A DNA stretch of 38,694 nucleotides from a virus (lineage: Duplodnaviria > Heunggongvirae > Uroviricota > Caudoviricetes): the IMG/VR virus record IMGVR_UViG_2541047880_000004, positions 1 through 38,694 of that record; one strand, given 5' to 3'. Of the stretch, positions 10,678 to 21,970 are shown piece after piece. The notes beneath the pieces were generated by a model. The model ran no database searches. It was not told the origin of the DNA and saw nothing but the letters and a program-made list of their open reading frames with translations. Numbering within the stretch: the stretch's first letter is position 1; the number at the start of each line of letters is the position of its first letter. Made by a program: the position numbers and the translations under genes.

Positions 10678-10885
10678 CTGCTGCCGCCTTAGGTTTTCGA
10701 CCAGGCTTTTTACGCTGTTTTTCTTCTAGCTCTGGCTCTGCAACATCCTTCAAAAGGTCATCAGGATGTGAAAACCAGCCAGCATCCAGATATTCCTGAA
10801 GCTCTTCGGCTTTCACGATTTCAAAGTCGTATCCAACGCCTTTCCATTTCTTCATGTCTCCATGACGAAAGATCATGTGTGTCAT
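10655..10885 (-). CDS. Small hypothetical protein between coat and gp4
   Basis: 76 aa from internal Met [16 protein letters not shown]... of the 136-aa ORF; GGAGA RBS directly after the coat terminator hairpin. Confidence 0.45.
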   Translation of the reverse strand: MTHMIFRHGDMKKWKGVGYDFEIVKAEELQEYLDAGWFSHPDDLLKDVAEPELEEKQRKKPGRKPKAAADEPDNEG

Positions 10886-10894
10886 GCTTGTCTC

Positions 10895-10920
10895 CAGATA
10901 AAAAGGGAGCCGAAGCTCCC
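10895..10920 (-). terminator. Candidate rho-independent terminator downstream of coat gene
   Basis: On minus strand GGGAGCTTCGGCTCCC followed by TTTTTATCT. Confidence 0.5.
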
Positions 10921-10928
10921 TCTGGTTA

Positions 10929-12224
10929 TCACGCGGTCTGATTAGGCAGACCAACACCAATTGCCTCTGGTCGTACAGCACATGCTGAATACCACACAGC
11001 AATACGGCACTTACCAGACAGAGTGTTGATATCACCCTGCGTTGCGAAGATGCCGTTAACACCAATACCAGGAATGCTGAAGGAAGACGTTTTCATGCCA
11101 GCAAACAGTTCATGGGTTACCGGGATCGGCTGAGACAGCAGACGGATTGAGTCATCAGCCCAGAACACGTTAGCGGTGGTTGTTGCCACGTTCAGAACGT
11201 TTACCGGAGTGGTATCAGCAAGAGAGGTGTTTACGTTAGCGTAAGCCTTCTCTTCTTTTGTCAGTGACGCGTCATCCAGCGCAATCGGCTTCGGCGTGAT
11301 TTCGATGTGAGTACTATCGATCACTCGGGTGATTGAGAAAGTAGCATCATCAGTCAGCACGTTCTTCGCCATCTGAGATAGGAATTTCACACCAGTGAAG
11401 CTGATTTTGTCGCCGCGCTTAAATCCGGTGGTAGATGATACGGTCACCGTTGCAACACGGTTGTCGACGTTCTCTTTGTTACCATCGGTATCAAGGGTGT
11501 ATGCCTGCGGCTTAAACTTCTGCGCACCAGAAACAGTTACACCAGTAGCGGTTGACTTGGTAACTGCCGGAAGTTTCGGTGAGCGAAGAATTTCATCAAA
11601 GCCAGCAATCTGACGCTGAATAGTACCGTTACGATACGCTTCTTCAGGAACGCGCCCAAAGATGTCACCATCTACCAGGTTGCGGCCTGCTTTGCGGTAA
11701 TCGTCAGGGTTCAGGAAGTAACTGATGCCCATATCGCGGTTTAGCTCACGGGAGAACATCAGGCGCTCTGCATCAGACACAAAATCCCAGCCAGACAGGC
11801 CAGTAGATGGACCAATTGCGCGGGTATCGTGAACAACAAGCGAGCCCATTTCAGTTGCCTGTTTGGCAATCGCTGACTCAATGTTATTCGCCAGTTTTTT
11901 GGCGGATGCCTGGATGCGGCGACGGTAAGAACGCTCATCACGCAGGTCATCTGCACGAAGCTCGAAAAAATCGTTATCCGGGTCGCCAATGTTGCATTTC
12001 ACGGAGAGTTCCAGAATCCCGGTTGCGTTGTCAGTTAAATCCCAGCCAGTCTGGGTTGGCGCTTCCTGCTCAACAGGCATCCACACGGTGTTGCTTGAAC
12101 GCTGCATGGATTCTGCCGGAGGGGTGTATTTTGTCACTTTGGACGCCATTGGCGTCAGGTTCTGGACGGTTTCGATGATTTCATCCAGAGCATACGTGAC
12201 CAGTTGACCTTCATTTAATGCCAT
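10929..12224 (-). CDS. Major coat protein, P22 gp5-like
   Basis: 431 aa; [20 protein letters not shown]... and most of the length closely match remembered P22 coat. Confidence 0.92.
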   Translation of the reverse strand: MALNEGQLVTYALDEIIETVQNLTPMASKVTKYTPPAESMQRSSNTVWMPVEQEAPTQTGWDLTDNATGILELSVKCNIGDPDNDFFELRADDLRDERSYRRRIQASAKKLANNIESAIAKQATEMGSLVVHDTRAIGPSTGLSGWDFVSDAERLMFSRELNRDMGISYFLNPDDYRKAGRNLVDGDIFGRVPEEAYRNGTIQRQIAGFDEILRSPKLPAVTKSTATGVTVSGAQKFKPQAYTLDTDGNKENVDNRVATVTVSSTTGFKRGDKISFTGVKFLSQMAKNVLTDDATFSITRVIDSTHIEITPKPIALDDASLTKEEKAYANVNTSLADTTPVNVLNVATTTANVFWADDSIRLLSQPIPVTHELFAGMKTSSFSIPGIGVNGIFATQGDINTLSGKCRIAVWYSACAVRPEAIGVGLPNQTA

Positions 12225-13135
12225 TATCGAATTCCTTTATTCAGTTGCGCCTTGAGCTTGCGGTACGTCTCTACATCCCCTTTGTTTGCTGCCGCTTCCA
12301 TCTGCTTTTCAATCGCAGAGATATTTGCAGCAACAGCGTGTCCCTGAATGGGTTCATCAGGTAACGGGGCTTCTGAAACAGGCTTGGCTCGAGGCTTGAG
12401 AGTTAAACGTTCTGACAGTCGAGTGAGTTCAATCAGCGCGGATTGCCCGTCCATCGCCAGCAACTGGCGTGTTTTCTCAGGATTAGCACCAAGGTGATAC
12501 ATGAGAGCAGCGGATTTCTCCGGGAAGAGACGCATGATATCGGCACCGACTGCTGGCGGCACCAGTTGCATGAATGCGTCCTCTTTCTCCTGATAGTCAG
12601 GGATATTGAGCTTTTCCGCTGCGTCGTAGTGCTTACGGGCTGCCTCGACGTATTGCGCTGATTGCTGGGTGAACTCCTGAGTTTTGCGGCCCTGCTCGGC
12701 GACAGCCTGGCTTCGTGCGTCCATAGCCTTGATCTGCCATTCACTGTTTGCCTGCTGGAAGGCAGCCAGTGCGCGGCTCTGGTCATAGTCGTACTTAGCC
12801 AGTGCGTCTTCGGAAAGATAATCGTTAGGGTCTGGTTGTTTTGGTAACTCAGGGTTCACCCGCAGGTGCTCCGGCAACTCTCCACGCTTAACCGCTTCCA
12901 TCTGCTGCTCAAGCTCACGCTGGCGTTTGCGTTCGATGCGGCGACGGGCAAATTCAGCATTAGTTGCCGGGTCTTGTTTTGGTTTCTCATCGTCTTTCAG
13001 GACAATCTCGAAGCCTTCTTCCTGACCTGCGATGTCGTTGGCATTATCGACAACGAAGCCATCAGCAGATGCCGCTGCATGATTGCCGGGCAGGGTTAAT
13101 TCTTCAGAAGCCTGAATGTCGGTGGTTTGGTCCAT
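12224..13135 (-). CDS. Scaffolding protein, P22 gp8-like
   Basis: 303 aa (same as P22 gp8); acidic, helix-rich; synteny. Confidence 0.85.
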   Translation of the reverse strand: MDQTTDIQASEELTLPGNHAAASADGFVVDNANDIAGQEEGFEIVLKDDEKPKQDPATNAEFARRRIERKRQRELEQQMEAVKRGELPEHLRVNPELPKQPDPNDYLSEDALAKYDYDQSRALAAFQQANSEWQIKAMDARSQAVAEQGRKTQEFTQQSAQYVEAARKHYDAAEKLNIPDYQEKEDAFMQLVPPAVGADIMRLFPEKSAALMYHLGANPEKTRQLLAMDGQSALIELTRLSERLTLKPRAKPVSEAPLPDEPIQGHAVAANISAIEKQMEAAANKGDVETYRKLKAQLNKGIR

Positions 13136-13148
13136 GGTTAACTCTCTC

Positions 13149-15314
13149 TTATTGAGGTGTCTCGGCTACTCCGCCGGAGGGGATTTGAACTTGACGCATA
13201 AGATTCGCGAAATCCATGCGTTGTGAATGAGTCTGGTCTGCATCTTTAAGAAGCAGCTCAGCGTTAGCACGAGCATCTTTGCTGCGCTGTTGCTGGAATT
13301 GACCTACGAGCTTGAGGTACTCACGCAGTTCTGCCTGCTTGTCGAGGTCCATATTGTTGAAGATTTCCGCAATCTTCGCGGCGTTGAGTTGGTTTTGTGC
13401 TTCAACCTTGGCAGCTTCAACCTGAATCTGCGCCTGTTGGTTCTCTGCCTTGAGCAATTCAGCCTGACCTTGCAGAAGGATACCCTGCGCCTGAATTTGC
13501 TCTGCTGATGGCTGCTGCGGCTGCTGTTGAGCCTGCTGTACCATCTCCATCTCTTCAGGTGTTTCTGGTTTCTTCAGCCCCATCATCACCAGTTGCTTGT
13601 TCGCGTACTCTCGCATCATCTCGACGCCTTTACCGTCAAGCAGCGTGAAGTATTGCAGCATCAGCATCTGGAACTCTGGAGTACCTTGTGGAACCTTGGT
13701 GAGTAACTCCTGAATCTCTGCGCGGTTCTGTTCCTTCATACTCTGGAAGGATGGTCCAACATCTGTATAGCACTCATAGCGACCGCGAATGTCGTTGAGT
13801 GTGACCACATTACCGGACTGGTAATCTACAACTTGCGCGTAGAGTTGAACGTCTTTCTCGCTTCCGTCTTCAAGAGTCAGCGTTACATGGCGAGGAACGT
13901 CATAAATATCGTTGACCATTGAGGCATAAATCTCGCCATCACGTCGCATTGCGGTAGCCAGGTTATCCTGAAACACGTATGTCTCAAGGTCTGCCCGCAT
14001 GTTCAGTTGATTGACGGTATCGAAAGCGACCTGACCATTTGCCGCCTGCGCATCAACGCCAAGACTAGCCACCTCTTTCACTGCGTTGGTGGCAGCCTCA
14101 AGCATGTAAGCGTTGGCTTGCGGCACTTCAGGGTTTTCCATGTAGGAGATTGGACCAATCGGCAGGTCGTTACCGTTTTCATCGGTCTTGTTCTGCAGAT
14201 AGTACGGATAGTCATCATTTCCACCGTACATGTATTCGTAGCCTTCGATTTGCTCAGGGAAGAAGATCGGTTTCTTCTTCGGTGAACGAGCAACAATATC
14301 GGCGTTGAATGACATGATCATGTTACGAAGGCGCTGACCGTCTTTCGTCAGCCTTACCACTCCTTCGTAGCACTCCTTGTCACCAGCGAATGACCATTCG
14401 CCATACACTGGAACGATTGGAATATGCTCTCCGGCTATCTTCTCGCGGTCTTTCAGTATCTGCGTGCAAGTGATGATCGACTTATACACACGCCGACGCT
14501 TCACCTTGCGCTCTGCTACCTTAATGAATCCACGATTAGCCAGGTCGTCGATGACGTCTTTGATATCTTGCTGGTAATAGCTGACCGGCTCACCTGTCAG
14601 CGGGTCGCGGTAGATGAAGACCTTCTCTTTCTTCTCTTCGACCTCGTAATACTCAGCGACGTAGACGACATCATTCGATACCCACGGAAACAGCCATGTA
14701 TCGTTCGGATTCTGGAAAGATGGCAGCGTGTCAGGATCAATACCGTAATCCTCTGCGAACTCTTTCCAGCCATTACGTGACAAAGCGTTAATCACCGTGC
14801 AGTGCTTAGCGTCGCTCTTATCCATCTGCTTGCTGTTTGCGTCCCATATGACGTGTGAGCAGGCCTCATGGATTGGCAGGCGTCGGATTACCTGATTGTT
14901 GCTTGTTGGATCGTTGTCTTCGTACTGCGTGACCAGACGCCATGCACCAACGCCGGACTCTATCTGCTCACGAACGCCAACGTTAACGGCAATTTTTGCC
15001 GTGTTATGGCGCATATCAGTACGATACATCCCCATCAGCACATCGGCAGCATCAGGATTAGCACCGTCTTTTGGTCGGAAGAGAACGTCGATAGGGTTCC
15101 GGCGCATCTCTGCGACCAACTTCCTGACAACCGGGCGGACAACATCGAATTGTCCGCGATACTGCAGGGTGGTGTAGTTTGATAGCCAGTCATCCCATTG
15201 CGACACTCGGCTAAAATACAGGTCATTTGTCGCCTCGGTTCTGGCTTCATCGCTCGCCATCCAGTCTGCGTCAAACTTACACAGAATGGAATTGAGTCTG
15301 TTTTCGTCGGCCAT
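13149..15314 (-). CDS. Portal protein, P22 gp1-like
   Basis: 721 aa; synteny; Gln-rich C-terminal helix typical of P22 portal. Confidence 0.9.
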   Translation of the reverse strand: MADENRLNSILCKFDADWMASDEARTEATNDLYFSRVSQWDDWLSNYTTLQYRGQFDVVRPVVRKLVAEMRRNPIDVLFRPKDGANPDAADVLMGMYRTDMRHNTAKIAVNVGVREQIESGVGAWRLVTQYEDNDPTSNNQVIRRLPIHEACSHVIWDANSKQMDKSDAKHCTVINALSRNGWKEFAEDYGIDPDTLPSFQNPNDTWLFPWVSNDVVYVAEYYEVEEKKEKVFIYRDPLTGEPVSYYQQDIKDVIDDLANRGFIKVAERKVKRRRVYKSIITCTQILKDREKIAGEHIPIVPVYGEWSFAGDKECYEGVVRLTKDGQRLRNMIMSFNADIVARSPKKKPIFFPEQIEGYEYMYGGNDDYPYYLQNKTDENGNDLPIGPISYMENPEVPQANAYMLEAATNAVKEVASLGVDAQAANGQVAFDTVNQLNMRADLETYVFQDNLATAMRRDGEIYASMVNDIYDVPRHVTLTLEDGSEKDVQLYAQVVDYQSGNVVTLNDIRGRYECYTDVGPSFQSMKEQNRAEIQELLTKVPQGTPEFQMLMLQYFTLLDGKGVEMMREYANKQLVMMGLKKPETPEEMEMVQQAQQQPQQPSAEQIQAQGILLQGQAELLKAENQQAQIQVEAAKVEAQNQLNAAKIAEIFNNMDLDKQAELREYLKLVGQFQQQRSKDARANAELLLKDADQTHSQRMDFANLMRQVQIPSGGVAETPQ

Positions 15315-16814
15315 TTAAGTTCTCCGTGCGATGGGCCTGATTGGGGCTGGTATCTTTTTCTCTTTTGGTTTTTTGATGTCGCGCATCATTTTTGCGAAGC
15401 GGCGCATCATGTATGCATAGCGAACGGCGGATAGCACGTCGTCGTTAAGCTTGACGATCTTCCCGTTTTCATCACGGTGATAGAGGCGGAACTCCTCAAA
15501 GAATGGCTCACAGGTGTTGAATACTTTGAAGCGACCATCGAGCATCATGTCTCGCAATTCAGTGATGCCAGGCTCAACAGCATTACCGCCATCAGGCCAT
15601 GTCGCATGCTCCTGCAACATCATAAATCCAGCGTCTGCATACTGCCCTTTGAGCTGCTCACCACCGCCCTTCTCATGCTGGTTTCCGTCATGAGGCCATG
15701 CGGTTGGCACTTTATGCGCCCATGATTTAACAGCTCCCCACGCCTGAACGGCTGTCTTTTCTTTCGCCTTCCACACGCGTGAAACGTATATTGTGTCTGC
15801 GTCCTTATCCCACCAAAGCTGAACCTGCGCCTGCGGGTGATCCCATCCGAAATCCATCCCGCCAATTACGTAGAAGTGATCAGGGCACTCAAACGGCTGA
15901 CACTTAATCGTCTCTTCCGGTATCTGGAAGATTCGCCCGCTACCCATCGTAGGAATACCGCGAGCACGCGCCTCTCTCTCATGCTCAGGATAGGATGCGA
16001 TGATTTGCTCTTTCTGCTCGTCGGTGTAGTGCTCAGCGTCATAGATGGTCATGTTGACCACTTTCTGCGACTTGCTGGGATTCTTCAGGAACTTGGTAAC
16101 AACGTCAGACATCCCCATCAGCGGGGTAAACGTCAGAATTGAGAATTGCCCGTATTTGTTGGTACGGGTAAGACCTTCGCCATAAATGCTGTATGGTGGC
16201 TCTTCGTCAAACCACACGCCGTGGATTGTGTCACCCTGCCAGCGAGCACGGCCTTGCGAGTATGGCTTGAAGTAGCAGATTGAAATGCCATCTTCAACGC
16301 CATCAGCCGTGTGATGCTTAACCAGAAGATGATCAACAAGGTTCGGAAAGAAAGGAGACTTCTTCCAGCTAATGATGTCCTCTTTCGGTATTGAACCGTA
16401 GCCCGGTTCATCATTCTCTTCAATACGACCGCACAGGATGCGTTGAGTCGTTTTGGTTACCGTCTCGTTTGTCTCGCCGCCAATCCAGAAGACAACAGGC
16501 TCATAGAAACGCTTACCTTTCCACTCACCGCCATATTTACCATCAGCAGGATAGCCTTTTGTGCCCGGATAACGCCCTGTAAGGTGAAACGCGACTTCAG
16601 CAGCACCAGTAAATGACTTACCAAGCTGGTTACCAGCCATAAAACATCGCTCTGGATAGTCATGTCCGGCGTCGATGAACTCACGCTGTTTGCTGTATGG
16701 CGTAAATTCATATAGCAGGTGTGTGTTCCGGTAGTTATCTTCTTCTTCGAGTAGCTCGAGCAATTCGATTTGCTCTTCGTCGCTCAGGTTATCAAGAATC
16801 GCGTCCAGTTCCAC
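15315..16814 (-). CDS. Terminase large subunit, P22 gp2-like
   Basis: 499 aa, same length as P22 gp2; synteny. Confidence 0.9.
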   Translation of the reverse strand: MELDAILDNLSDEEQIELLELLEEEDNYRNTHLLYEFTPYSKQREFIDAGHDYPERCFMAGNQLGKSFTGAAEVAFHLTGRYPGTKGYPADGKYGGEWKGKRFYEPVVFWIGGETNETVTKTTQRILCGRIEENDEPGYGSIPKEDIISWKKSPFFPNLVDHLLVKHHTADGVEDGISICYFKPYSQGRARWQGDTIHGVWFDEEPPYSIYGEGLTRTNKYGQFSILTFTPLMGMSDVVTKFLKNPSKSQKVVNMTIYDAEHYTDEQKEQIIASYPEHEREARARGIPTMGSGRIFQIPEETIKCQPFECPDHFYVIGGMDFGWDHPQAQVQLWWDKDADTIYVSRVWKAKEKTAVQAWGAVKSWAHKVPTAWPHDGNQHEKGGGEQLKGQYADAGFMMLQEHATWPDGGNAVEPGITELRDMMLDGRFKVFNTCEPFFEEFRLYHRDENGKIVKLNDDVLSAVRYAYMMRRFAKMMRDIKKPKEKKIPAPIRPIARRT

Positions 16815-17286
16815 GGTTGAATAGCTCCTTGATACGAGAGCGCCGCTTATCGCGATCTCCCTTATCAGGTGTCACGTCTTCAACTTGCGACTGCTCTTTG
16901 AGGCCCAAATCACGGGCGATGATGTTAGCGTTGAGAAGGTCAGCGGCAGCGCCAGAGAATTTCTGGTCGTAGATGACCTGTTCTGCTCGCGTAACGACTT
17001 CAGATAAATCTTCTCGCAGGCGATATGTGCGCCATGTTTCAAGCGTCACATCAATGAACAGAGTGAGGCCGGTAATGGTCATCGCTCGCATCTTGGCGAT
17101 AGGCTCTTGTATCACTTCACCCTGATACGAGAACGCCTTCATCTCCCATAGCGGGTTAGCTTCCACCCACTCGAAGTATTCACAACAAGCAGCCCACAGC
17201 GCCTCAGGCGATTCGAATTTAGGGTTTCGCCCATGACTACTGCGGGCCTCCCAAAATCGGTTGCCCTTTGGTGCTGCCATATTCAT
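16792..17286 (-). CDS. Terminase small subunit, P22 gp3-like
   Basis: ...[38 protein letters not shown]... matches remembered P22 gp3; true start may be the Met two codons in (17280). Confidence 0.85.
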   Translation of the reverse strand: MNMAAPKGNRFWEARSSHGRNPKFESPEALWAACCEYFEWVEANPLWEMKAFSYQGEVIQEPIAKMRAMTITGLTLFIDVTLETWRTYRLREDLSEVVTRAEQVIYDQKFSGAAADLLNANIIARDLGLKEQSQVEDVTPDKGDRDKRRSRIKELFNRGTGRDS

Positions 17287-17484
17287 CTCACTTAGTTGTC
17301 ATTTCAGGTTGAGGACTCTTTCGCGCCTTCAATCAGTGACTGCTTCAGCAATTCGAGTGTGCCAATCGCCTCACATAAACTGATTTCACCATCGTAATCA
17401 TGAATGACGCTTTCCAGCCGCTCATATAGCTCTTGAGTAATTGGGAATTTCTTCTCCTTACCCAAATTGATTACGCGGCTCACA

Positions 17485-17709
17485 TCATGTTCCGGTAGTG
17501 AACAGGTCTAACGCTTCCTTCGATTTACGCACCGCTTCGATTGTGCGGGTCGTGATATCTGAATTAGCGCCGCCTGACTGGAAGTGAATTTTGAATAGCT
17601 CAAGCTTCAGCTCGTCAGTACCAATGAATTGAAATGCTTCCTCGGCTGCTGCGTTCTGGTTCATGACCAGTTTATAAATCTCTAACTGGAATTTCTGTTC
17701 TTCAGTCAT
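17485..17709 (-). CDS. Hypothetical protein
   Basis: 74-aa ORF between lysis cassette and terminase; no homologue recognised. Confidence 0.45.
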   Translation of the reverse strand: MTEEQKFQLEIYKLVMNQNAAAEEAFQFIGTDELKLELFKIHFQSGGANSDITTRTIEAVRKSKEALDLFTTGT

Positions 17710-18084
17710 GGGAATAATCTCTGCTATTGTTGGCTCCGTTTATCCGTTAAAAGGGATGTCAGTTAAGTTATCCCGTGTAGGGTATAAGCCATTGTCGAGA
17801 CCACTCATTGAATGGCCTCTGCAATAACCGATGTCTTTCCATCAGTCCGCCACCACAAAGAATCTTTTTTGCCATAAGGCTGGAGGTTCATCTTTCAGTG
17901 GCTGCCAGTGTTATTTCCCCACTTACTGGCTTGTGTTGTTTCGTGGTGCTGCCGTAACTGGTTACCCAGAATAAATTCCGGTTTCATTATCAAGCCCACC
18001 CGTAGATGGGCTTTGTAATGGATAGCCGTTGCTCAGTTCTCGTAATGCTTTGATTTTCCCGATAACGCAGTTTTGCGTTTGCCA

Positions 18085-18606
18085 TCAGCACGCGATATCG
18101 AGAGTCAACTGCAGTTGCTCGCGCCAGTACTCGACATTTGCTTCAATAACCGGCTTATCCCATCGCCAGCGAGCCATCTCTCTTGCCCCATTGCTGGCTT
18201 TTGATTTCCGGTCATCGCGAATGCGACATGCTTGCTCATATTTCTGCTGCTCAGTCAGTTCACCGCGAAGCAGACTATCAATGTGCAGGTCGCACCACAC
18301 AGCAAAACGAGCATCACACCAACGGGCAAATGCAACTGAAAGTTTTGGATGTAGCCACGTACCACCCCCCCTGTCCTTTCGTGCCTTGCTGGTTTTTACA
18401 TACCTCGATTGTGAGGGATGTAAAATTTGAGATTCTTTCCCGGTCAACGCTTCGTCTAAAGCACGAACGTATTCAAGCGTTTCTGCCAAACGCATCCAGT
18501 TATCAATGCGTTTCCCAAATCTCTCAGCAACACCTGTGACGTTGATCCAACCATCAGTGTTGAAACTGACAAGTTCACCTTTGTAATTAAGTGGCACGAT
18601 ATTCAT
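18085..18606 (-). CDS. KilA-N domain protein
   Basis: 173 aa; ...GWINVTGVAERFGKRIDNWMRL...RGGGTWLHPKLSVAFARWCDARFAVWC... fits the KilA-N pattern. Confidence 0.65.
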   Translation of the reverse strand: MNIVPLNYKGELVSFNTDGWINVTGVAERFGKRIDNWMRLAETLEYVRALDEALTGKESQILHPSQSRYVKTSKARKDRGGGTWLHPKLSVAFARWCDARFAVWCDLHIDSLLRGELTEQQKYEQACRIRDDRKSKASNGAREMARWRWDKPVIEANVEYWREQLQLTLDIAC

Positions 18607-18807
18607 AACGTTTACCTACCATTTGAAATGAACCTTTGCCGCATAGGAAACCAGCCCACCGAGGCTCGCCAGCACTAACTGGTATCCTCAAAGGCCCATT
18701 CCAAAGGGGCAGGTTCGGTGTAAAAAACATGCGTTGCGGTACGCATTTATTGCAAAAAGCCCCGCATCGCGAGGCTCATTAAATGGACTTTGTGATTTGC
18801 AAAAAAA

Positions 18808-19245
18808 TTATTTCAGGCATTGCGTCCTGATGTATTCCTGCAGGTAGTTAACCTGCGCGGTTATCCTGTCGATTCCACTTCGGAGACGGTAATAATTGAG
18901 TTCAGCATCTGCTGTAAGTCTTGGGCTTTCTCCATCGCCCATGCTGCTGGCTCCGGTCGTTGACTTTGCACAGGTGGCGGCGACTTGCAGGCGCTTGCGA
19001 CCAGCAGAAACATCAGCACGGAGACTTTCGATAGTCGCGTTAGCATCAGCAAGCTCCTTTGTGTATCTGGCGTCGAGTTCTGCTACATCACGTTGACGCT
19101 TCTGCATGTCAGCGATTATGGATGCGGCTTTGTCGCGCTGCTCTTTATAGGCGATGGCGTTATCACGGTAATGATTAACAGCCCATGACAGGCAGACGAT
19201 GATGCAGATAACCAGAGCGGAGATAATCGCGGTGACTCTGCTCAT
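18808..19245 (-). CDS. Rz: Rz i-spanin
   Basis: 145 aa; N-terminal TM segment; follows R; lambda/P22-type spanin. Confidence 0.85.
   Translation of the reverse strand: MSRVTAIISALVICIIVCLSWAVNHYRDNAIAYKEQRDKAASIIADMQKRQRDVAELDARYTKELADANATIESLRADVSAGRKRLQVAATCAKSTTGASSMGDGESPRLTADAELNYYRLRSGIDRITAQVNYLQEYIRTQCLK
18861..19052 (-). CDS. Rz1: Rz1 o-spanin lipoprotein, embedded in Rz in alternate frame
   Basis: 63 aa; lipobox LVASAC, Pro-rich; wholly inside Rz. Confidence 0.8.
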   Translation of the reverse strand: MLMLTRLSKVSVLMFLLVASACKSPPPVQSQRPEPAAWAMEKAQDLQQMLNSIITVSEVESTG

Positions 19246-19718
19246 ACCTCAATCTCTCTGACCGTTCCGCCAGCTTCTTTGAATTTTGCAATCAGGCTGT
19301 CAACCTTATGCTCGAACTGACCGTAACCAGCCCCCGGCAGTGAAGCCCAGATATTGCTGCAACGGTCGATTGCCTGACGGATATCACCGCGATCAATCAT
19401 CGGCAAAGCGCCACGCTCCTTAATCTGCTGCAGTGCCACAGCGTCCTGGCTTTTCGGAGAGAAGTCTTTCAGGCCAAGCTGCTTGCGATAGGCATCCCAC
19501 CAACGGGAAAGAAGCTGGTAACGTCCGGCGGCTGTTGATTTGAGTTTTGGGTTTAGCGTGACAAGTTTGCGAGGGTGATCGGAGTAATCAGTGAATAGCT
19601 CACCACCTACAATGACGTCATAACCATGATTTCTGGTTTTCTGACGTCCGTTATCTGTTCCCTCTGACCACGCCAGCATATCGAGGAACGCCTTACGTTG
19701 ATTATTGATTTCCACCAT
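19242..19718 (-). CDS. R: Endolysin (lytic transglycosylase), lambda R
   Basis: 158 aa; [39 protein letters not shown]... near-identical to remembered lambda R. Confidence 0.95.
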   Translation of the reverse strand: MVEINNQRKAFLDMLAWSEGTDNGRQKTRNHGYDVIVGGELFTDYSDHPRKLVTLNPKLKSTAAGRYQLLSRWWDAYRKQLGLKDFSPKSQDAVALQQIKERGALPMIDRGDIRQAIDRCSNIWASLPGAGYGQFEHKVDSLIAKFKEAGGTVREIEV

Positions 19719-20025
19719 CTTCTACTCCGGCTTTTTTAGCAGCGAAGCGTTTGATAAGCGAACCAATCGAGTCAGTACCGATGTAGCCGATGAACACGCT
19801 CGTTATATAAGCGAGATTGCTACTTAGTCCGGCGAAGTCGAGAAGGTCACGAATGAACCAGGCGATAATGGCGCACATCGTTGCGTCGATTACTGTTTTT
19901 GTAAACGCACCACCATTATACCTGCCGCGAAGGTACGCCATTGCAAACGCAAGGATTGCCCCGATGCCTTGTTCCTTTGCCGCGAGAATGGCGGCTAACA
20001 GGTCATGTTTTTCTGGCATCTTCAT
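19702..20025 (-). CDS. S: Holin, lambda S
   Basis: 107 aa; [43 protein letters not shown]... matches lambda S107. Confidence 0.95.
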   Translation of the reverse strand: MKMPEKHDLLAAILAAKEQGIGAILAFAMAYLRGRYNGGAFTKTVIDATMCAIIAWFIRDLLDFAGLSSNLAYITSVFIGYIGTDSIGSLIKRFAAKKAGVEDGGNQ

Positions 20026-20143
20026 GTCTTACCCCCAATAAGGGGATTTGCTCTATTTAATTAGGAATAAGGTCGATTACTGATAGAACAAATCCAGGCT
20101 ACTGTGTTTAGTAATCAGATTTGTTCGTGACCGATATGCACGG

Positions 20144-20180
20144 GCAAAACGGCAGGAGGTTGTTAGCGCAGCCTCTTGCC
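20144..20180 (-). terminator. Candidate terminator in Q-S late leader
   Basis: On minus strand GGCAAGAGG...CCTCCTGCC hairpin followed by GTTTTGCCC. Confidence 0.35.
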
Positions 20181-20563
20181 ACCCGCTTTCACGAAGGTCA
20201 TGTGTAGAAGTCCGCAGCATAACTATCACTGATGAATTCAGGATAGCCAGTGGCTACGGCCCAGTTTGGGTTGTGGCGGTCGGTGCTGAACTCCGACTTA
20301 ATGACGATAGGCGTGTACCGACGCCTCGTTTTACTTCCTCCGCTTTCACGGCTTCACCCTAGACCAGCTTTACGAAATCCTCGTAAACCTAACCGCGGCA
20401 GATATGACCGGCACGGTGTGCCATATCACGGACCGGCGGGTGTCTCGTTCACCTGATTAACGCATCAGCCTGCGTATTCACCACAACGATAAGAGCACTG
20501 CGCGGCACCTTTCACCAATTCCGCGAGGTCTGCGGGTTCAATGCTCTTACCTGTTGTGCAAAC

Positions 20564-20605
20564 AAAAAAAGCCACCGTTGCAACTTAAGAGTCACTAACG
20601 GCAGC
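20564..20605 (-). terminator. Candidate terminator just downstream of Q (possible tR'-like site)
   Basis: On minus strand a 9-bp stem with two G-U pairs followed by TTTTTTT. Confidence 0.35.
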
Positions 20606-20650
20606 TTATGCGAATAGTGTTGCTCATTTGCTCAATGATGTCAACACGTT

Positions 20651-21139
20651 CTATGCTACATGTTTAATTTTCTCTACACGTTTCCGGTTTTTAAACGCAC
20701 TATCCAGAACCGGGTAAATCATAAACAACGAAGCATTGAGGATTTCGTCAACTTCCCGGCGACAGGTTGCGAGCGATGGTTTTTGAATACGCCCGCCGCC
20801 ACGGCATAACATCTTGCGAGGTCTTGCGACACGATGATAGTAAGATGCAATGGCATGCTTGGAAGATCCATGAGCGTAGTAGCTGAGGAGGATGCCAAAG
20901 GCTTTCTTGTCAATGTACATGACGGAATCGACGACCTGAGAAATCAACATTCCGTCATCATCATTGCACATTGGCCTTGTCATAATTCTTCCCGGCTCTA
21001 CGCTCTCCATGAACTTCGCTATTACGCTGCTCATGCGCTTTTCCAGACGACCTGAATAAACCCATGCGCCCCACAGTTCAAGCCAGCCATTCAGCCACTC
21101 GTGCTGTTCTTTGGTGAGGTTTAGTTCTCTTATGCTCAT
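20651..21139 (-). CDS. Q: Late-gene antiterminator Q
   Basis: 162 aa; position directly upstream of the late leader and lysis genes; ...EWLNGWLELWGAWVY... resembles Q-type antiterminators. Confidence 0.7.
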   Translation of the reverse strand: MSIRELNLTKEQHEWLNGWLELWGAWVYSGRLEKRMSSVIAKFMESVEPGRIMTRPMCNDDDGMLISQVVDSVMYIDKKAFGILLSYYAHGSSKHAIASYYHRVARPRKMLCRGGGRIQKPSLATCRREVDEILNASLFMIYPVLDSAFKNRKRVEKIKHVA

Positions 21140-21324
21140 CGTCTTCCCCTCTTGCCCTGTTTGACCATCAGGACGCCGTTAACTATTACGTGACGCTCGC
21201 CTTTGCTGTCTCGGTTGTACTTGAGCACTGTTCCTCTTGCGCAGGAAAGCATCCTTGCCACTTCGGTCTGATTGCCTCGTGTCTGGATAAGAAGCTCTGG
21301 TATCGTTTGAATTGTGGCGTTCAT
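21136..21324 (-). CDS. ninH: NinH-like protein
   Basis: 62 aa; ...TIPELLIQTRGNQTEVARML...RGTV.KY... resembles lambda NinH. Confidence 0.7.
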   Translation of the reverse strand: MNATIQTIPELLIQTRGNQTEVARMLSCARGTVLKYNRDSKGERHVIVNGVLMVKQGKRGRR

Positions 21325-21683
21325 GCGTTCTCCAGTTCGGTGATTTTTATTCCAAGCCGTCCGCCTGGTACTTTCACACCACGAATTACGCGAATGTCAT
21401 CGAATTGCTCGTCGTCTTCCGCAAATCCGGCGTGGATAAGGGAGTCGAGTAAACCTTTCAGGATGTTGTCGAGGTCGCGGCGGCGAGAGTCTGGAACGTC
21501 TGCGATGACTTTGATGCGGAGTCGTGATTTGGTGAAAATGTCTAACTTGAGTTGGCGGATGATTTGCTGAACGTCTTTTCGGTATTTCTGGCCTTTATCG
21601 CTGATGTAGTATTGGCTTCCCCGTCTTCGCCAGTAGGTATTCACCGACGGTGGGTATGGAAGCACAAACTGATATTCGTTCAT
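21321..21683 (-). CDS. rusA: RusA Holliday junction resolvase
   Basis: 120 aa; ...PDSRRRDLDNILKGLLDSLIHAGF..DDEQ...GGRLGIKITELE matches RusA. Confidence 0.85.
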   Translation of the reverse strand: MNEYQFVLPYPPSVNTYWRRRGSQYYISDKGQKYRKDVQQIIRQLKLDIFTKSRLRIKVIADVPDSRRRDLDNILKGLLDSLIHAGFAEDDEQFDDIRVIRGVKVPGGRLGIKITELENA

Positions 21684-21970
21684 GACTTAATCTTCCCCTC
21701 CTTCAGCAGTATCGCCTGCGTCCTGATTACGCCTTCGAGGTGGTAAAGTCTGGCGTCTTTGTTGTCGAGGTTATGGGTGCGTCGGTCGATTTCATCGTGA
21801 CACGCGCTACAAGCCCATGCGCCGATCAGGTCGTCAGGCTTCATTCCAGTTCCGCAAATTCCAGCCATCCGGTAATGCGCCAGAACTGTAGTTTCAGGGT
21901 TGCCATTGCATACGCCGTAAATACGTACCTGACATTCTCTTCCGCGCGCTTCTTTGCGTAGGTTAGCCAT
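21680..21970 (-). CDS. DUF1364-like nin-region protein (YbcO-like)
   Basis: 96 aa; Cys/His-rich; position between the Rha/Ant protein and rusA. Confidence 0.55.
   Translation of the reverse strand: MANLRKEARGRECQVRIYGVCNGNPETTVLAHYRMAGICGTGMKPDDLIGAWACSACHDEIDRRTHNLDNKDARLYHLEGVIRTQAILLKEGKIKS

Noticed and set aside
18029-18430. 133-aa plus-strand ORF
   Set aside because: Antisense to the KilA-N gene, whose product has a recognisable domain; no RBS
20250-20456. 68-aa ORF and possible tRNA in the Q-S leader
   Set aside because: ORF lies on the strand opposite to late transcription with no RBS; no T-loop-like GGTTCGAATCC or cloverleaf could be identified by eye
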